Below, piece after piece: positions 6,374-10,341 of a stretch of 10,341 nt of DNA. The notes under the pieces are model-generated. The model ran no database searches. It was not told where the DNA came from and saw only the letters and a program-made list of their open reading frames with translations. The stretch comes from Kofleriaceae bacterium (GTDB lineage: Bacteria; Myxococcota_A; Polyangia; Haliangiales; Haliangiaceae), in the NCBI GenBank assembly GCA_046597055.1, contig JBKJLC010000280.1, forward strand, positions 1-10,341, given 5' to 3'. The stretch's first letter is position 1. Each line of letters begins with the position of its first letter. The position numbers were made by a program, and so were the translations under genes.

Positions 6374-7240
6374 TCAGGCCTGGGCGGCGCCGCGGGTGGC
6401 GCGGAACGTGCGCAGCATGTCCGGCGAGATCACGTACTTCGAGCCGCACGAGTCGCACCGGACCTCGAGCGGGTCGCCCTCGAGCATCGACTCGATCTCG
6501 GCTTCGGGCAGCGTGAGGATGCTCGTCATCACCCGCATCTCGCTGCAGGTGCAGCCGAAGCGCAGCGGCGAGGTCGCCAGCTCGGCGTGCTCGAAGCCGG
6601 CGAACACCGTGGCCGCCAGCTCGGCCGCGGTGCGACCGCGGCCCTCGAGCAGCGACGCGATCGGCGCGAGGTTGCCGAGGTGATCGGTCATCGCGTCGAT
6701 CACCTCGCGGGTCGCCTCGGGCAGGAGCTGCACCAGGTAGCCGCCGGCGACCCGCACGCCGCCGGGCCCCGGCAGCGCGGTGATCGCGATCATCGAGACG
6801 ATCTGCTCGGACTGCTTCATGTACAGCATGAGCGCGGTCGCCATGTCGTGGCCATCGGGGATCGCGACCACACCTTGGTGCAGCGCGCCGTTGGGCAGCG
6901 TGTAGTTGACGTGGAGGCGGTGATCACCCTCGGCGAGCACCGGCACGTCGGCACCTGGATTGACCAGGCCGCGGTTGGCGCCATCGGCCAGCGCGTCGGC
7001 GACCAGCGAGCTGCCCCGGCGGTCCTTCCACACCAGCTGGACCCGGCGCGTGGGCTGGGTGGTCTCGCGAACCAGGACCGCGCTCGTGATCAGCTCGGCG
7101 AGCCGCAGGCCGAGGGTGTCGCCGGTTCCCTGGGCGGCGAGCGCACCCCGCACGGTATCGGTGGTGACCGCGGCGATGAGGCGGAACGCGCCGTCCATCG
7201 TCATGAGACGCACGACCTGGTCACCCGTCGAAGAGGACAT
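6374..7240 (-). CDS. hslO: Hsp33 redox-regulated chaperone, 288 aa
   Basis: Begins MSSSTGDQVVR. Contains YMKQSEQ, AGGYLVQLLPEA and the zinc-centre motifs CTCS and EVRCDSCG. Start ATG 7240; the ORF-track start at 7594 overlaps the LytTR frame. Confidence 0.9.
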   Translation of the reverse strand: MSSSTGDQVVRLMTMDGAFRLIAAVTTDTVRGALAAQGTGDTLGLRLAELITSAVLVRETTQPTRRVQLVWKDRRGSSLVADALADGANRGLVNPGADVPVLAEGDHRLHVNYTLPNGALHQGVVAIPDGHDMATALMLYMKQSEQIVSMIAITALPGPGGVRVAGGYLVQLLPEATREVIDAMTDHLGNLAPIASLLEGRGRTAAELAATVFAGFEHAELATSPLRFGCTCSEMRVMTSILTLPEAEIESMLEGDPLEVRCDSCGSKYVISPDMLRTFRATRGAAQA

Positions 7241-7246
7241 CGCCGG

Positions 7247-7252
7247 AGCATA
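7247..7252 (-). promoter_or_regulatory. Putative -10 (TATGCT) of a leaderless hslO transcript
   Basis: The minus strand reads TATGCT-ccggcg-ATG(7240). Confidence 0.55.
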
Positions 7253-7336
7253 GGCGGCGCGCCGCGCGACGCAACCCCACCAGGCAGCCAGAGGTGACCG
7301 GCGCCAGCCGGCGCCGGCGGCGCCGCCCGCCTGCCG

Positions 7337-7648
7337 GTGCGCACCGGCGAGCGGATCGAGCTGATCGACGTCGACGCCATCGACTACCTGATCGCCGACG
7401 GCAACTACGTCGTCATCCACGCCGGCGGCCGCGGTCACCTGGTGCGCGAGACGCTGTCGGCGATGGCGCGGCGGCTCGATCCCGCGCAGTTCGTGCGCAT
7501 TCATCGCTCGCGCATCGTCCGCCTCGATCGCATCCACGCGATCGAGCCGCTGTTCCATGGCGAGTATCGGCTCACGCTCCGCGACGGGACCCACCTGACC
7601 TCGGCCCGCGGCTACCGCGACTCGCTGCGCGTCGCGCTCTATCTCTGA
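7337..7648 (+). CDS. Stand-alone LytTR DNA-binding domain; start uncertain, possibly a truncated response-regulator remnant
   Basis: IDYLIADGNYVVIH, RETLSAM..RLDPAQFVRIHRSRIV and GEYRLTLRDG..L..SARGYR are typical LytTR motifs. No receiver domain; the frame is closed upstream by TGA at 7295-7297. Confidence 0.75.
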   Translation: MRTGERIELIDVDAIDYLIADGNYVVIHAGGRGHLVRETLSAMARRLDPAQFVRIHRSRIVRLDRIHAIEPLFHGEYRLTLRDGTHLTSARGYRDSLRVALYL

Positions 7649-7723
7649 TCGGGTGCTCGGGTGCCGGCCTGGCGATCGTCTCCGCGCGAGGCGACGTTCA
7701 CCGAACGAGCCGGCGCCGGCGCG

Positions 7724-8281
7724 CTATCGCCAGCGCGCGCGCAGGCGGCACGCGTCGGAGCCCTCGAGCCGGCAGCTGTGCGTCTCGGTGTGCACGTCCT
7801 GTCCGCCCGACAGCTCGCACGAGCGCTCGGCCCAGCCCTGCACCGACTGGCAGTGCACGCAGCTCGGGGTCGGGAAGCCCTCGATGGTCAGCTCGATCTC
7901 GCCCGACGCCAGCTCGCGCAGCGACAGCTGGCCGGCGTCGTAGTGCAGGTGCCACAGCCGCGCGGCCCGGGCCATGACCCACTTCACGGTGCCGACCTTG
8001 TAGAACAGCCGGTAGATCGTGGTCATGTTGGCCTCGGCGCCCACGCGGCCGAGCACCTTGATGAGCGCGCCGTCGCCCTGCCCGAACAGCAGGTCGATCG
8101 CCGTGCTCAGCTCGACGAACTCGACGAACGGGTACCAGGTCGCGACCGCCACGCCGTCGCGGATCGCGCCGGCGAGCCCGGGTGATACCGCTTCACACAG
8201 CCGCTCGATCCCGTCCTGTCCGTGGTTGAGGCGGACCCAGGTCACGCGGGACGCGAGGGCGCTTCCCTTGACGTTCGCCAC
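7724..8281 (-). CDS. Myxobacterial DUF2378/TIGR02265-like protein (V4R/HNOB-like ligand-binding fold inferred), 185 aa
   Basis: N-terminal VKG, a WYP motif, [21 protein letters not shown] and a C-terminal C-x7-C-x5-W pattern. Coding-like codon usage. Family assignment is from recognition only. Confidence 0.7.
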   Translation of the reverse strand: MANVKGSALASRVTWVRLNHGQDGIERLCEAVSPGLAGAIRDGVAVATWYPFVEFVELSTAIDLLFGQGDGALIKVLGRVGAEANMTTIYRLFYKVGTVKWVMARAARLWHLHYDAGQLSLRELASGEIELTIEGFPTPSCVHCQSVQGWAERSCELSGGQDVHTETHSCRLEGSDACRLRARWR

Positions 8282-8286
8282 GCCTC

Positions 8287-8292
8287 ATTATA
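8287..8292 (-). promoter_or_regulatory. Consensus -10 (TATAAT) of a leaderless transcript of the DUF2378-like gene
   Basis: The minus strand reads TATAAT-gaggc-GTG(8281). Confidence 0.6.
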
Positions 8293-8340
8293 CGCGCCCC
8301 CGCCACGGCCGTACCGTGCGGCCCGCAAAAGGAAGTCAAC

Positions 8341-9897
<1,557 letters not shown>

Positions 9898-9978
9898 GCG
9901 CGGGTCACCGGGTGTGATTCCGCGCGCACCCCGTGGCCGCAAACCTGCGGTGCCCGCGTCGGCCGCGGCCATCGGCGT

Positions 9979-9984
9979 TATGAT
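9979..9984 (+). promoter_or_regulatory. Putative -10 (TATGAT) of a leaderless lipoprotein transcript
   Basis: TATGAT-cgcgcg-ATG(9991). Confidence 0.55.
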
Positions 9985-9990
9985 CGCGCG

Positions 9991-10341
9991 ATGCGCATGC
10001 TCGCCTGGCTACCGGTCGCCGCCCTCGTCACCCTGCTCGCCGGCTGCGGCGACATCCCGCAGACGTTCACCGACGCCGCCGGCGGTGGCGGTAGCTGCAC
10101 ACCGGCCTGCGCTGCCTCCGCGACCTGCACCGGCACCACCTGCGCGTGCAACGCCGGCTACACCGGCGACGGCCTGACCTGCACCGACGACAACGAGTGC
10201 ATGACGGGCAACGGCGGCTGCGACAGCAACGCCACCTGCACCAACGTCCCCGGCACCCGCACCTGCTCGTGCCTGCCCGGCTTCCTCGGCGACGGCGTGA
10301 CCTGCCGGCAGAGCTGGATGCTGGTGGGGACGCTGCCCGGC
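9991..10341 (+). CDS. Lipoprotein with tandem EGF-like domains (partial; runs off the window end)
   Basis: Absent from the ORF track. Manual translation: MRMLAWLPVAALVTLLAGCGDIPQTFTDAAGGGGSCTPACAASATCTGTTCACNAGYTGDGLTCTDDNECMTGNGGCDSNATCTNVPGTRTCSCLPGFLGDGVTCRQSWMLVGTLPG. It has an LAGC lipobox and two 6-Cys EGF modules, the second with a calcium-binding-type DDNEC start. Confidence 0.88.
   Translation, partial: MRMLAWLPVAALVTLLAGCGDIPQTFTDAAGGGGSCTPACAASATCTGTTCACNAGYTGDGLTCTDDNECMTGNGGCDSNATCTNVPGTRTCSCLPGFLGDGVTCRQSWMLVGTLPG

Noticed and set aside
6347..6379. Hairpin GCCTGACC/GGTCAGGC spanning the convergent stops of the hydrolase and hslO
   Set aside because: It could be a bidirectional terminator, but there is no U-tract and the symmetry largely comes from both genes ending GCC-TGA. 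Support is insufficient.
9898..9925. GC-rich hairpin after the pccB stop
   Set aside because: Imperfect stem without a U-tract, so it cannot be called a terminator with confidence.
9914..10177. 87-aa ORF in the track
   Set aside because: Out-of-frame shadow of the EGF lipoprotein that starts at 9991.

Overview
Very GC-rich bacterial DNA. The gene content (Hanks-type membrane kinase with a Pro/Ala-rich linker, DUF2378/TIGR02265-like protein, EGF-repeat lipoprotein, sigma-54 promoter) suggests Myxococcota or a relative; this is an inference. From left to right: ~740 bp of repeat-rich non-coding DNA; a near-consensus sigma-54 promoter with an upstream triple palindrome; a 99-aa protein with an SSB-type acidic C-terminal tip (DDLPF) followed by comEA; a 137-bp element with perfect 28-bp terminal inverted repeats; an M20 metallopeptidase (+); a Ser/Thr kinase (-); a beta-lactamase-family serine hydrolase (+); hslO/Hsp33 (-); an orphan LytTR domain (+); a DUF2378-like protein (-); an acyl-CoA carboxylase beta subunit (+); and an EGF-domain lipoprotein running off the right edge. 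The most notable signals are a candidate sigma-54/enhancer-controlled DNA-uptake module (SSB-like protein + ComEA), six genes that look leaderless (TAnnnT 5-8 nt before the start codon), and the MITE-like hairpin.
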